Shown piece by piece: positions 20,100 to 34,200 of a DNA stretch of 64,000 bases; position 1 is the first letter of the stretch, and each line of letters opens with the position of its first letter. The stretch is from Antedon mediterranea (Eukaryota; Animalia; Echinodermata), in contig NC_092673.1 in assembly GCF_964355755.1 (NCBI RefSeq), positions 10,416,001 through 10,480,000 on the forward strand. Reading direction: 5' to 3'. The notes under the pieces were generated by a model. It ran no database searches, was not told the DNA's origin, and was given only the letters and a program-made list of their open reading frames with translations. The translations under genes were made by a program, and so were the position numbers.

Positions 20100-22950
20100 G
20101 ATCTATCTCCCTCGCTGTTCTATCTCTCTCTAGTTGATCTATCTCTCTATCGCTGATCTATCTCTCTCTCGCTGATCTATCTCTCTCTCTCGCTGATCTA
20201 TCTCTCTCTCGCTGATCTATCTTTCTCTCGCTGATCTATCTCTCTCTCTCTCGCGCTGATCTATCTCTCTCTCTTGCTGATCTATCTCTCTCTCGCAGAT
20301 CCATCTCTCTCTCGCTGATCTATCTTTCTCTCGCTGATCTATCTCTTTCTCTCTCGCGCGCTGATCTATCTCTCTCTCGCTTATCTATCTCTCTCTCTCG
20401 CAGATCCATCTCTCTCTCGCTGATCTATCTCTCTCTCGCTGATCTATCTCCCTCGCTGTTCTATCTCTCTCTAGTTGATCTATCTCTCTATCGCTGATCT
20501 ATCTCTCTCTCGCTGATCTATCTCTCTCTCTCTCGCTGATCTATCTCTCTCTCGCTGATCTATCTCTCTCTCTTGCTGATCTATCACTCTTTCTCGCTGA
20601 TCTATCTCTCTCTCGCGCTGATCTATCTCTCTCTCTCGCTGATCTATCTCTATCTCTCACTGATCTATCTCTCTCTCTCGCTGATCTATCTCTCTCTCGC
20701 TGATCTATCTCTAGCTCTCTGTCGCTGATCTATCTCTAGCTCTCTCTCGCTGATCTATCTCTCTCTGTCGCTGATCTATCTCTCTCTGTCGCTGATCTAT
20801 CTCTCTCTCGCTGATCTATCTCTCTCTCGCTGATCTATCTCTCTCTCTCGCTGATCTATCTCTCTCTCGCTGATCTATCACTCTCTCTCTTGCTGATCTA
20901 TCACTCTCCCTCGCTGATCTATCTCTCTCTCTCTCTCGCTGATCTATCTCTCTCTCTCTCTCGCTGATCTATCTCTCTCTCGCTGATCTATCTCTCTCGC
21001 TGATCTATCTCTCTCTCGCTGATCTATCTCTCTCTCTCTCTCGCTGATCTATCTCTCTCTCGCTGATCTATCTCTCTCTCGCTGATCTATATCTCTCTCG
21101 CTGATCTACCTCTCTCTCGCTGATCTATCTCTCTCTCTCGCTGATCTATCTCTCTCTCGCTGATATATCTCTCTCTCACTGATCTAACTCTCTCGCTGAT
21201 CTATCTCTCTCTCCTCGATCTATCTCTTTCTCGCTGATCTATCTCTCTCTCGCTGATCTATCTCTCTCTCGCTGATCTATCTCTCTCTCTCGCTGATCTA
21301 TCTCTCTCGCTGATTTATCTTTCTCTCGCTGATCTATCTCTCTCTCTCTCTCGCGCTGATCTATCTCTCTCTCGCTGATCTATCTCTCTCTCGCAGATCC
21401 ATCTCTCTCTCGCTGATCTATCTTTCTCTCGCTGATCTATCTCTCTCTCTCTCTCTCTCGCTGATCTATCTCTCTCTCTCGCTGATCTATCTCTCTCTCT
21501 CGCAGATCTATCTCTCTCTCGCTGATCTATCTCCCTCGCTGTTCTATCTCTCTCTAGTTGATCTATCTCTCTATCGCTGATCTATCTCTCTCTCGCTGAT
21601 CTATCTCTCTCTCTCGCTGATCTATCTCTCTCTCGCTGATCTATCTTTCTCTCGCTGATCTATCTCTCTCTCTCTCGCGCTGATCTATCTCTCTCTCTTG
21701 CTGATCTATCTCTCTCTCGCAGATCCATCTCTCTCTCGCTGATCTATCTTTCTCTCGCTGATCTATCTCTTTCTCTCTCGCGCGCTGATCTATCTCTCTC
21801 TCGCTTATCTATCTCTCTCTCTCGCAGATCCATCTCTCTCTCGCTGATCTATCTCTCTCTCGCTGATCTATCTCCCTCGCTGTTCTATCTCTCTCTAGTT
21901 GATCTATCTCTCTATCGCTGATCTATCTCTCTCTCGCTGATCTATCTCTCTCTCTCTCGCTGATCTATCTCTCTCTCGCTGATCTATCTCTCTCTCTTGC
22001 TGATCTATCACTCTTTCTCGCTGATCTATCTCTCTCTCGCGCTGATCTATCTCTCTCTCTCGCTGATCTATCTCTATCTCTCACTGATCTATCTCTCTCT
22101 CTCGCTGATCTATCTCTCTCTCGCTGATCTATCTCTAGCTCTCTGTCGCTGATCTATCTCTAGCTCTCTCTCGCTGATCTATCTCTCTCTGTCGCTGATC
22201 TATCTCTCTCTGTCGCTGATCTATCTCTCTCTCGCTGATCTATCTCTCTCTCGCTGATCTATCTCTCTCTCTCGCTGATCTATCTCTCTCTCGCTGATCT
22301 ATCACTCTCTCTCTTGCTGATCTATCACTCTCCCTCGCTGATCTATCTCTCTCTCTCTCTCGCTGATCTATCTCTCTCTCTCTCTCGCTGATCTATCTCT
22401 CTCTCGCTGATCTATCTCTCTCGCTGATCTATCTCTCTCTCGCTGATCTATCTCTCTCTCTCTCTCGCTGATCTATCTCTCTCTCGCTGATCTATCTCTC
22501 TCTCGCTGATCTATATCTCTCTCGCTGATCTACCTCTCTCTCGCTGATCTATCTCTCTCTCTCGCTGATCTATCTCTCTCTCGCTGATATATCTCTCTCT
22601 CACTGATCTAACTCTCTCGCTGATCTATCTCTCTCTCCTCGATCTATCTCTTTCTCGCTGATCTATCTCTCTCTCGCTGATCTATCTCTCTCTCGCTGAT
22701 CTATCTCTCTCTCTCGCTGATCTATCTCTCTCGCTGATTTATCTTTCTCTCGCTGATCTATCTCTCTCTCTCTCTCGCGCTGATCTATCTCTCTCTCGCT
22801 GATCTATCTCTCTCTCGCAGATCCATCTCTCTCTCGCTGATCTATCTTTCTCTCGCTGATCTATCTCTCTCTCTCTCTCTCTCGCTGATCTATCTCTCTC
22901 TCTCGCTGATCTATCTCTCTCTCTCGCAGATCCATCTCTCTCTCTCGCTG
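20100..22950 (+). repeat. ~1424-bp tandem duplication inside the array
   Basis: Rare variant CCTCGATC at ~21213/22637, ATCACTCTCCC at ~20900/22324, CACTGATCTAACT at ~21177/22601. Confidence 0.82.
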
Positions 22951-25649
22951 ATCTATCTCCCTCGCTGATCTATCTCCCTCGCTGTTCTATCTCTCTCTAG
23001 TTGATCTATCTCTCTCTCTCGCTGATCTATCTCTCTCTCGCTGATCTATCTCTCTCTCTCTCGCTGATCTATCTCTCTCGCTGATCTATCTCTCTCTCTT
23101 GCTGATCTATCACTCTCTCTCGCTGATCTATCTCTCTCTCTCGCTGATCTATCTCTCTCTCTCGCTGATCTATCTCTATCTCTCATTGATCTATCTCTCT
23201 CTCGCTGATCTATCTCTCTCTCGCTGATCTATCTCTAGCTCTCTGTCGTTGATCTATCTCTAGCTCTCTCTCGCTGATCTATCTCTCTCTGTCGCTGATC
23301 TATCTCTCTCTGTCGCTGATCTATCTCTCTCTGTCGCTGATCTATCTCTCTCTGTCGCTGATCTATCTTCCTCTGTCGCTGATCTATCTCTCTCTGTCGC
23401 TGATCTATCTCTCTCTGTCGCTGATCTATCTCTCTATCTCTCTCTCGCTGATCTATCTCTCTCGCTGATCTATCTCTCTCTCGCTGATCTATCTCTCTCT
23501 CGCTGATCTATCTCCCTCTCGCTGATCTATTTCTCTCTCGCTGATCTATCTCTCTCTCGCTGATCTATCTCTCTCGCTGATCTATCTCTCTCTCGCTGAT
23601 CTATCTCTCTCTCGCTGATCTACCTCTCTCTCGCTGAGCTATCTCTCTCGCTGATCTATCTCTCACTCGCTGATCTATCTCTCTCTCGCTGATCTATCTC
23701 TCTCTCGCTGATCTATCTCTCTCTCGCTGATCTATCTCTCTCTCGCTGATCTATCTCTCTCGCAGATCTATCTCTCTCTCGCTGATCTATCTCTCTCTCG
23801 CTGATCTATCTCTCTCTCTCGCTGATTTATCTCTCTCTCGCTGATCTATCTCTCTCGCTGATCTATCTCTCTCTCTGATTTATCTCTCTCTCGCTTATCT
23901 ATCTCTCTCTCGCTGATCTACCTCTCTCTCGCTGATCTATCTCTCTCTCTCGCTGATCTATCTCTCTCTCGCTGATCTATCTCTCTCTCGCTGATCTAAC
24001 TCTCTCGCTGATCTATCTCTCTCACGCTGATCTATCTCTTTCTCGCTGATCTATCTCTCTCTCTCGCTGATCTATCTCTCTCTCGCTGATCTATCTCTCT
24101 CTCGCTGATCTATCTCTCACTCGCTGATCTATCTCTCACTCTCTGATCTATCTCTCTCTCGCTGATCTATCTCTCTCTCGCTGATCTATCTCTCTCGTTG
24201 ATCTATCTCTCTCTCGCTGATCTATCTCTCTCTCGCTGATCTATATCTCTCGCTGATCTATCTCTCTCTCGCTGATCTATCTCTCTCTCTCGCTGATCTA
24301 TCTCTCTCTCGCTGATCTATCTCTCTCTCGCTGATCTATCTCTCTCTCGCTGATCTATTTCTCTTTCGCCGATCTATCTCTCTCTCGCTGATCTATCTCT
24401 CTCTCGCTGATCTATATCTCTCTCGCTGATCTATCTCTCTCTCGCTGATCTTTCTCTCTCTCTGGCTGATCTATCTCTCTCTCTCTCGCTGATCTATCTC
24501 TCTCGCTGATCTATCTCTCTCTCGCTGATCTATCTCTCTCTCTCGCTGGTCTATCTCTCTCGCTGATCTATCTTTCTCTCGCTGATCTATCTCTCTCTCT
24601 CTCTCTCGCGCTGATCTATCTCTCTCTCGCTGATCTATCTCTCTCTCGCAGATCCATCTCTCTCTCGCTGATCTATCTCTCTCTCGCTGATCTATCTCCC
24701 TCGCTGTTCTATCTTTCTATCGCTGATCTATCTCTCTCTCTCGCTGATTTATCTCTCTCTCGCTGATCTCTCTCTCTCGCTGATCTATCTCTCTCTCTGA
24801 TTTATCTCTCTCTCGCTTATCTATCTCTCTCTCGCTGATCTATCTCTCTCTCGCTGATCTATCTCCCTCGCTGTTCTATATCTCTATCGCTGATCTATCT
24901 CTCTCTCTCGCTGATTTATCTCTCTCTCGCTGATCTCTCTCTCTCGCTGATCTATCTCTCTCTCTGATTTATCTCTCTCTCGCTTATCTATCTCTCTCTC
25001 GCTGATCTACCTCTCTCTCGCTGATCTATCTCTCTCTCTCTCGCTGATCTATCTCTCTCGCTGATCTATCTCTCTCTCGCTGATCTAACTCTCTCGCTGA
25101 TCTATCTCTCTCACGCTGATCTATCTCTTTCTCGCTGATCTATCTCCCTCTCGCTGATCTATCTCTCTCTCGCTGATCTATCTCTCTCTCGCTGATCTAT
25201 CTCTCACTCGCTGATCTATCTCTCACTCTCTGATCTATCTCTCTCTCGCTGATCTATCTCTCTCTCGCTGATCTATCTCTCTCGTTGATCTATCTCTCTC
25301 TCGCTGATCTATCTCTCTCTCGCTGATCTATCTCTCTCGCTGATCTATCTCTCTCTCGCTGATCTATCTCTCTCTCTCGCTGATCTATCTCTCTCTCGCT
25401 GATCTATCTCTCTCTCGCTGATCTATCTCTCTGTCGCTGATCTATTTCTCTCTCGCCGATCTATCTCTCTCTCGCTGATCTATCTCTCTCTCGCTGATCT
25501 ATATCTCTCTCGCTGATCTATCTCTCTCTCGCTGATCTTTCTCTCTCTCTGGCTGATCTTTCTCTCTCTCTCTCGCTGATCTATCTCTCTCGCTGATCTA
25601 TCTCTCTCTCGCTGATCTATCTCTCTCTCTCGCTGGTCTATCTCTCTCG

Positions 25650-28600
25650 CTGATCTATCTCTCTCGCTGATCTATCTCTCTCTCGCTGATCTATCTCTCT
25701 CTCGCTGATCTATCTCTCTCTGTCGCTGATCTATCTCTCTCTGTCGCTGATCTATCTCTCTCTGTCGCTGATCTATCTCTCTCTGTCGCTGATCTATCTC
25801 CCTCTGTCGCGGATCTATCTCTCTCTGTCGCTGATCTATCTCTCTCTGTCGCTGATCTATCTCTCTATCTCTCTCTCGCTGATCTATCTCTCTCGCTGAT
25901 CTATCTCTCTCTCGCTGATCTATCTCTCTCTCGCTGATCTATCTCCTTCTCGCTGATCTATTTCTCTCTCGCTGATCTATTTCTCTCTCGCTGATCTATC
26001 TCTCTCGCTGATCTATCTCTCTCTTTCGCTGATCTATCTCTCTCGCTGATCTATCTCTCTCTCGCTGATCTATCTCTCTCGCTGATCTATCTCTCACTCG
26101 CTGATCTATCTCTCTCTCGCTGATCTATCTCTCTCTAGCTGATCTATCTCTCTCTCGCTGATCTATCTCTCTCGCTGATCTATCTCTCTCTCGCAGATAT
26201 ATCTCTCTCTCGCTGATCTATCTCTCTCTCGCTGATCTATCTCTCTCTCTCGCTGATTTATCTCTCTCTCGCTGATCTATCTCTCTCGCTGATCTATCTC
26301 TCTCGCTGATTTATCTCTCTCTCGCTGATCTATCTCTCTCGCTGATCTAACTCTCTCGCTGATCTATCTTTCTCTCGCTGATCTATCTCTTTCTCGCTGA
26401 TTTATCTCTCTCTCGCTGATCTATCTCTCTCTCGCTGATATATCTCTCACTCGCTGATCTATCTCTCTCTCGCTGATCTATCTCTCTCTCGCTGATCTAT
26501 CTCTCTCGTTGATCTATCTCTCTCTCTCGCTGATCTATCTCTCTCTCGCTGATCTATCTCTCTCTCTCGCTGATCTATCTCTCTCGCAGATCTATCTCTC
26601 TCTCCCTGATCTATCTCTCTCTCGCTGATCTATCTCTCTCTCTCTCGCTGATTTATCTCTCTCTCGCTGATCTATCTCTCTCGCTGATCTATCTCTCTCT
26701 CTCTGATTTATCTCTCTCGATTATCTATCTCTCTCTCGCTGATCTATCTCTCTCTCTCGCTGATCTATCTCTCTCTCGCTGATCTATCTCTCTCTCGCTG
26801 ATCTAACTCTCTCGCTGATCTATCACTATCTCGCTGATCTATCTCTTTCTCGCTGATCTATCTCTCTCTCGCTGATCTATCTCTCTCTCGCTGATCTATC
26901 TCTCTCTCGCTGATCTATCTCTCACTCGCTGATCTATCTCTCACTCTCTGATCTATCTCTCTCTCGCTGATCTATCTTTCTTTCGCTGATCTATCTCTCT
27001 CGCTGATCTATCTCTCTCTCGCTGATCTATCTCTCTCTCTCGCTGATCTATCTCACTCTCGCTGATCTATCTCTCTCTCTCGCTGATCTATCTCTCTCTC
27101 GCTGATCTATCTCTCTCTCGCCGATCTATCTCTCTCTCGCTGATCTATCTCTCTCGCTGATCTATATCTCTCTCGCTGATCTATCTCTCTCTCGCTGATC
27201 TTTCTCTCTCTCTCTCTGGCTGATCTATCTCTATCTTTCTCGCTGATCTATCTCTCTCGCTGATCTATCTCTCTCTCGCTGATCTATCTCTCTCTCTTGC
27301 TGATCTATCTCTCTCGCTGATCTATCTTTCTCTCGCTGATCTATCTCTCTCTCTCGCGCGCTGATCTATCTCTCTCTCGCTGATCTATCCCTTTCTCGCA
27401 GATCCATCTCTCTCTCGCTGATCTATCTCTCTCTCGCTGATCTATCTCCCTCGCTGTTCTATCTCTCTCTAGTTGATCTATCTCTCTCTCGCTTATCTAT
27501 CTCTCTCTCGCTGATCTATCTCTCTCTCTCTCGCTGATCTATCTCTCTCTCGCTGATCTCTCTCTCTCTCTCTTGCTGATCTATCACTCTCTCTCGCTGA
27601 TCTGTCTCTCTCTCGCGCTGATCTATCTCTCTCTCTCTCTCACTGATCTATCTCTATCTCTCACTGATCTATCTCTCTCTCTCTCTCGCTGATCTATCTC
27701 TCTCTCTCGCTGATCTATCTCTATCTTTCTCGCTGATCTATCTCTCTCGCTGATCTATCTCTCTCTCGCTGATCTATCTCTCTCTCTTGCTGATCTATCT
27801 CTCTCGCTGATCTATCTTTCTCTCGCTGATCTATCTCTCTCTCTCTCGCGCTGATCTATCTCTCTCTCGCTGATCTATCTCCCTCGCTGTTCTATCTCTC
27901 TCTAGTTGATCTATCTCTCTCTCGCTTATCTATCTCTCTCTCGCTGATCTATCTCTCTCTCTCTCTCGCTGATCTATCTCTCTCTCGCTGATCTCTCTCT
28001 CTCTCTCTCGCTGATCTATCTCTCTCTCGCTGATCTGTCTCTCTCTCGCTGATCTATCTCTCTCTCGCTGATCTAACTCTCCCCCGCTGATCTATCTCTC
28101 TCGCAAATCTATCTCTCTCTCGCTGATCTATCTCTCCCTCTCTCGCTGATCTATCTCTCTCGCTGATCTATCTCTCTCTCGCTGATCTATCTCTCTCTCT
28201 CGCGCTGATCTATCTCTCTCTCGCTGATCTATCTCTCTCTCGCAGATCCATCTCTCTCTCGCTGATCTATCTCTCTCTCGCTGATCTATCTCCCTCGCTG
28301 TTCTATCTCTCTCTAGTTGATCTATCTCTCTCTCGCTGATCTCTCTCTCTCTCGCTGATCTATCTCTCTCTCTCTCGCTGATCTATCTCTCTCTCTCGCT
28401 GATCTATCTCTCTCTCTCTCGCTGATCTATCTCTCTCTCTCTCGCTGATCTATCTCTCTCGCTGATCTATCTCTCTCTCGCTGATCTATCTCTCTCTCTC
28501 GCTGATCTATCTCTCTCTCGCTGATCTATCTCTCTCTCGCTGATCTATCTCTCTCTTGCTGATCTATCACTCTCTCTCGCTGATCTATCTCTCTCTCTCT

Positions 28601-31182
28601 CGCTGATCTATCTCTCTCTCTCTCTCGCTGATCTATCTCTCTCTCGCTGATCTATCTCTCTCGCTGATCTATCTCTCTCTCGCTGATCTATCTCTCTCTC
28701 TCGCTGATCTATCTCTCTCTCTCGCTGATCTATCTCTCTCTCTCTCTCGCTGATCTATCTCTCTCTCGCTGATCTATCTCTCTCTCGCTGATCTATCTCT
28801 CTCGCTGATCTGTCTCTCTCTCGCTTATCTATCTCTCTCTCGCTGATCTAGCTCTCTCTCGCTGATCTATCTCTCTCTCGCTGATCTATCTCTCTCTCAC
28901 TTATCTATCTCTCTCTCGCTGATCTACCTCTCTCTCGCTGATCTATCTCTCTCTCTCGCTGATCTATCTCTCTCTCGCTGATATATCTCTCTCTCGCTGA
29001 TCTAACTCTCTCGCTGATCTATCTCTCTCTCGCTGATCTATATCTCTCTCGCTGATCTTTCTCTCTTTCGCTGATCTATCTCTCTCTCGCTGATCTATCT
29101 CTCTCTCGCTGATCTATCACTCTCTCTCTCGCTGATCTATCTCTCTCTCTCTCGCTGATCTATCTCTCTCTCGCTGATCTATCTCTCTCTCGCTGATCTA
29201 TCTCTCTCTTTCTCTCGCTGATCTATCTCTCTCTTTCTCTCGCTGATCTATCTCTCTCTCTCGCTGATCTATCTCTCTCTCGCTGATCTATCTCTCTCTC
29301 GCGGATCTATATCTCTCTCGCTGATCTATCTCTCTCTCGCTGATCTTTCTCTCTCTCTGGCTGATCTATCTTTCTCTCGCTGATCTATCTCTCTCGCTGA
29401 TCTATCTCTCTCTCGCTGATCCATCTCTCTCTCTCGCTGATCTATCTCTCTCTCGCTGATCTATCTTTCTCTCGCTGATCTATCTCTCTCTCTCTCTCGC
29501 TGATCTATCTCTCTCTCTCGCTGATCTATCTCTCTCTCGCAGATCCATCTCTCTCTCGCTGATCTACCTTTCTCTCGCTGATCTATCTCTCTCTCTCTCT
29601 CGCGCTGATCTATCTCTCTCTCGCTGATCTATCTCTCTCTCGCATATCCATCTCTCTCTCGCTGATCTATCTATCTCTCGCTGATCTATCTCCCTCGCTG
29701 TTCTATCTCTCTCTAGTTGATCTATCTCTCTCTCGCTGATCTATCTCTCTCTCGCTGATCTATCTCTCTCTCTCTCTCGCTGATCTATCTCTCTCTCGCT
29801 GATCTATCTCTCTCTCTTGCTGATCTATCACTCTCTCTCGCTGATCTATCTCTCTCTCGCGCTGATCTATCTCTCTTTCTCTCTCGCTGATCTATCTCTA
29901 TCTCTCACTGATCTATCTCTCTCTCGCGCTGATCTATCTCTCTCTCGCTGATCTATATCTAGCTCTCTGTCGCTGATCTATCTCTAGCTTTCTCTCGCTG
30001 ATCTATCTCTCTCTGTCACTTATCTATCTCTCTCTGTCGCTGATCTATCTCTCTCTGTCGCTGATCTATCTTCCTCTGTCGCTGATCTATCTCTCTCTGT
30101 CGCTGATCTATCTCTCTCTGTCCCTGATCTATCTCTCTCTGTCGCTGATCTATCTCTCTATCTCTCTCTCGCTGATCTATCTCTCTCGCTGATCTATCTC
30201 TCTCTCGCTGATCTATCTCTCTCGTTGATCTATCTCTCTCTCTCTCTGATTTATCTCTCTCTCGATTATCTATCTCTCTCGCTGATCTATCTCTCTCTCT
30301 CGCTGATCTATCTCTCTCTCGCTGATCTATCTCTCTCTCGCTGATCTATCTCTCTCTCGCTGATCTATCTCTCACTCGCTGATCTATCTCTCTCTCGCTG
30401 ATTTATCTCTCTCTAGCTGATCTATCTCTCTCTCTCGCTGATCTATCTCTCTCTCTCGCTGATCTATCTCTCTCTCGCTGATCTATATCTCTCTCGCTGA
30501 TCTTTCTCTCTTTCGCTGATCTATCTCTCTCTCGCTGATCTATCTCTCTCTCGCTGATCTATCACTCTCTCTCTCGCTGATCTATCTCTCTCTCTCTCGC
30601 TGATCTATCTCTCTCTCGCTGATCTATCTCTCTCTCGCTGATCTATCTCTCTCTTTCTCTCGCTGATCTATCTCTCTTTTTCTCTCGCTGATCTATCTCT
30701 CTCTCTCGCTGATCTATCTCTCTCTCGCTGATCTATCTCTCTCTCGCGGATCTATATCTCTCTCGCTGATCTATCTCTCTCTCTCTCGCTGATCTATCTC
30801 TAGCTCTCTCTCGCTGATCTATCTCTCTCTCTCTCTGACGCTGATCTATCTCTCTCTGTTGCTGATCTATCTATCTCTGTCGCTGATCTATCTCTCTCTC
30901 TCTCTCTCTGTCGCTGATCTATCTCTCTCTCGCTGATCTATCTCTCCTCCTCGCTGATCTATCTCTCTCTCTCTCGCTGATCTATCTCTCTCTCTCGCTG
31001 ATCTATATATATCTCTCTCTCTCTCTCGCTGATCTATCTCTCTCTCGCTGATCTCTCTCTCTCTCGCTGATCTATCTCTCTCGCTGATCTATCTCTCTCT
31101 CGCTGATCTATCTCTCTCTTGCTGATCTATCTCTCTCTCACAGATATCTCTCTCTCGCTGATCTATCTCTCTCTCTCGCTGA

Positions 31183-31231
<49 letters not shown>

Positions 31232-34200
31232 TCTATCTCTCTCTCGCTGATCTATCTCTCACTCGCTGATCTATCTATCTCTCTCTCGCTGTTCTATCTA
31301 TCTCTCTCTCTCGCTGATCTATCTATCTCTCGCTGATATATCTATCTCTCTCTCGCTCATCTATCTCTCTCTCGCTGATCTATCTATCTCTCTCTCGCTG
31401 ATCTATCTCTCTCTCGCTGATCTATCTATCTCTCTCTCGGTGATCTATCTCTCCCCCGCTGATCTATCTCTCTCTCGCTAATCTATCTCTCTCTCGCTGA
31501 TCTATCTCTCTCTCTCGCTGATCTATCTCTCTCTCGCTGATCTATCTCTCTCTCGCTGATCTATCTCTCTCTCGCTGATCTATCTCTCTCTCGCTGATCT
31601 ATCACTCTCTCTCGCTGATCTATCTCTCTCTTTCGCTGATCTATCTCTCTCTCTCGCTGATCTATCTCTCACTCTCGCTGATCTATCTCTCTCTCTCTCT
31701 CGCTGATCTATCTCTCTCTCGCTGATCTATCTCTTTCTCTCGCTGATATATATCTCTCTCTCTCACTGATCTATCTCTCTCTCTTGCTGATCTATCTCTC
31801 TCTCTCGCTGATCTATCTCTCTCTCTCGCTGATCTATCTCTCTCTGTCGCTGATCTATCTCTCTCTCTGTCGCTGATCTATCTCTCTCTCTCGCTGATCT
31901 ATCTCTCTCTCGCTGATCTATCTCTCTCTCGCTGATCTATCTCTCTCTGTCGCTGATCTATCTCTCTCGCTGATCTATCTCTCTCTCGCTGATCTATCTC
32001 TCTCTCTCTCTCGCTGGTCTATCTCTCTCTCGCTGATCTATCTCTCTCTCTCACTGATCTATCTCTCTCTCTCGCTGATCTATCTCTCTCTCTCGCTGAT
32101 CTATCTCTCTCTCTCGCTGATCTATCTCTCTCTCGCGCTGATCTATCTCTTTCTCTCGCTGATCTATCTCTCTCGCTGATCTATCTCTCTCTCGCTGATC
32201 TATCTCTCTCTCGCTGATCTATCTCTCTCTCGCTGATCTATCTCTCTCTCTCGCTGATCTATCACTCTCTCTCGCTGATCTATCTCTCTCTCTCGCTGAT
32301 CTATCTCTCTCTCTCTCTCGCTGATCTATCTCTCTCTCGCGCTGATCTATCTCTCTCTCTCGCTGATCTATCTCTCTCTCTCGCTGATCTATCTCTCTCT
32401 CTGACGCTGATCTATCTCTCTCTGTCGCTGATCTATCTCTAGCTCTCTCTCGCTGATCTATCTCTCTCTCTGACGCTGATCTATCCCTCTCTGTCGCTGA
32501 TCTATCTCTCTCTGTCGCTGATCTATCTCTCTCTCTGTCGCTGATCTATCTCTCCTCCTCGCTGATCTATCTCTCTCTCTCGCTGATCTATCTCTCTCTC
32601 TCTCTCGCTGATCTAACTCTCTCTCTCGCTGATCTATCTCTCTCTCTCTCTCTCTCGCTGATCTATCTCTCTCTCGCTGATCTATCTCTCTCTCGCTGAT
32701 CTATCTCTCTCTCTCGCTGATCTATCTCTCTCTCGCTGATCTATCTCTCTCTCGCTGATCTATCTCTCTCTCTCTCGCTGATCTATCACTCTCTCTCTCG
32801 CTGATCTATCTCTCTCTCTCTCGCTGATCTATCTCTCTCTCTCGCTGATCTATCTCTCTTTGTCGCTGATCTATCTCTCTCTCTGTCGCTGATCTATCTC
32901 TCTCTCTCGCTGATCTATCTCTCTCTCGCTGATCTATCTCTCTCTCGCTGATATATCTCTCTCTGTCGCTGATCTATCTCTCTCGCTGATCTATCTCTCT
33001 CTCGCTGATCGATCTCTCTCTCTCGCTGGTCTATCTTTCTCTCGCTGATCTATCTCTCTCTCTCACTGATCTATCTCTCTCTCTCGCTGATCTATCTCTC
33101 TCTCGCGCTGAGCTATCTCTCTCTCGCTGATCTATCTCTCTCGCTGATCTATCTCTCTCGCTGATCTATCTCTCTCTCGCTGATCTATCTCTCTCTCTCG
33201 CTGATCTATCACTCTCTCTCGCTGATCTATCTCTCTCTCTCGCTGATCTATCTCTCTCTCTCTCTCTCTCGCTGATCTATCTCTCTCTCGCGCTGATCTA
33301 TCTCTCTCTCTCTCGCTGATCTATCACTCTCTCTCGCTGATCTATCTCTCTCTCTCTCGCTGATCTATCTCTCTCTCTCGCTGATCTATCTCTCTTTGTC
33401 GCTGATCTATCTCTCTCTCTGTCGCTGATCTATCTCTCTCTCTCGCTGATCTATCTCTCTCTCGCTGATCTATCTCTCTCTCGCTGATATATCTCTCTCT
33501 GTCGCTGATCTATCTCTCTCGCTGATCTATCTCTCTCTCGCTGATCTATCTCTCTCTCGCTGATCTATCTCTCTCTCGCTGATCTATCTCTCTCTCGCTG
33601 ATCTATCTCTCTCTCGCTGATCTATCTCTCTCTCTCGCTGATCTATCTCTCTCTCGCTGATCTATATTTCTCTCGCTGATCTATCTCTCTCTCGCTGATC
33701 TATCTCTCTCTCGCTGATATGTCTCTCTCTCGCTGATCTATCTCCCTCTCGCTGATCTAACTCTCCCCCGCTGATCTATCTCTCTCTCGCTAATCTATCT
33801 CTCTCTCGCTGATCTATCTCTCTCTCTCTCGCTGATCTATCTCTCTCCCTGATCTATCTCTCTCTCGCTGATCTCTCTCTCTCGCTGATCTATCTCTCTC
33901 TCGCTGATCTATCTATCTCTCGCTGATCTATCTCTCTCTCGCTGATCTATCACTCTCTCTCGCTGATCTATCTCTCTCTCTCGCTGATCTATCTCTCTCT
34001 CTCTCGCTGATCTATCTCTCTCTCGCTGATCTATCTCTCTCGCTGATCTATCTCTCTCTCGCTGATCTATCTCTCTCTCTCTCTCGCTGATCTATCTCTC
34101 TCTCGCTGATCTGTCTCTCTCTCGCTGATCTATCTCTCTCTCGCTGATCTATCTCTCTCTCGCTGATCTATCTCTCTCTCGCTGATCTATCTCTCTCTCG

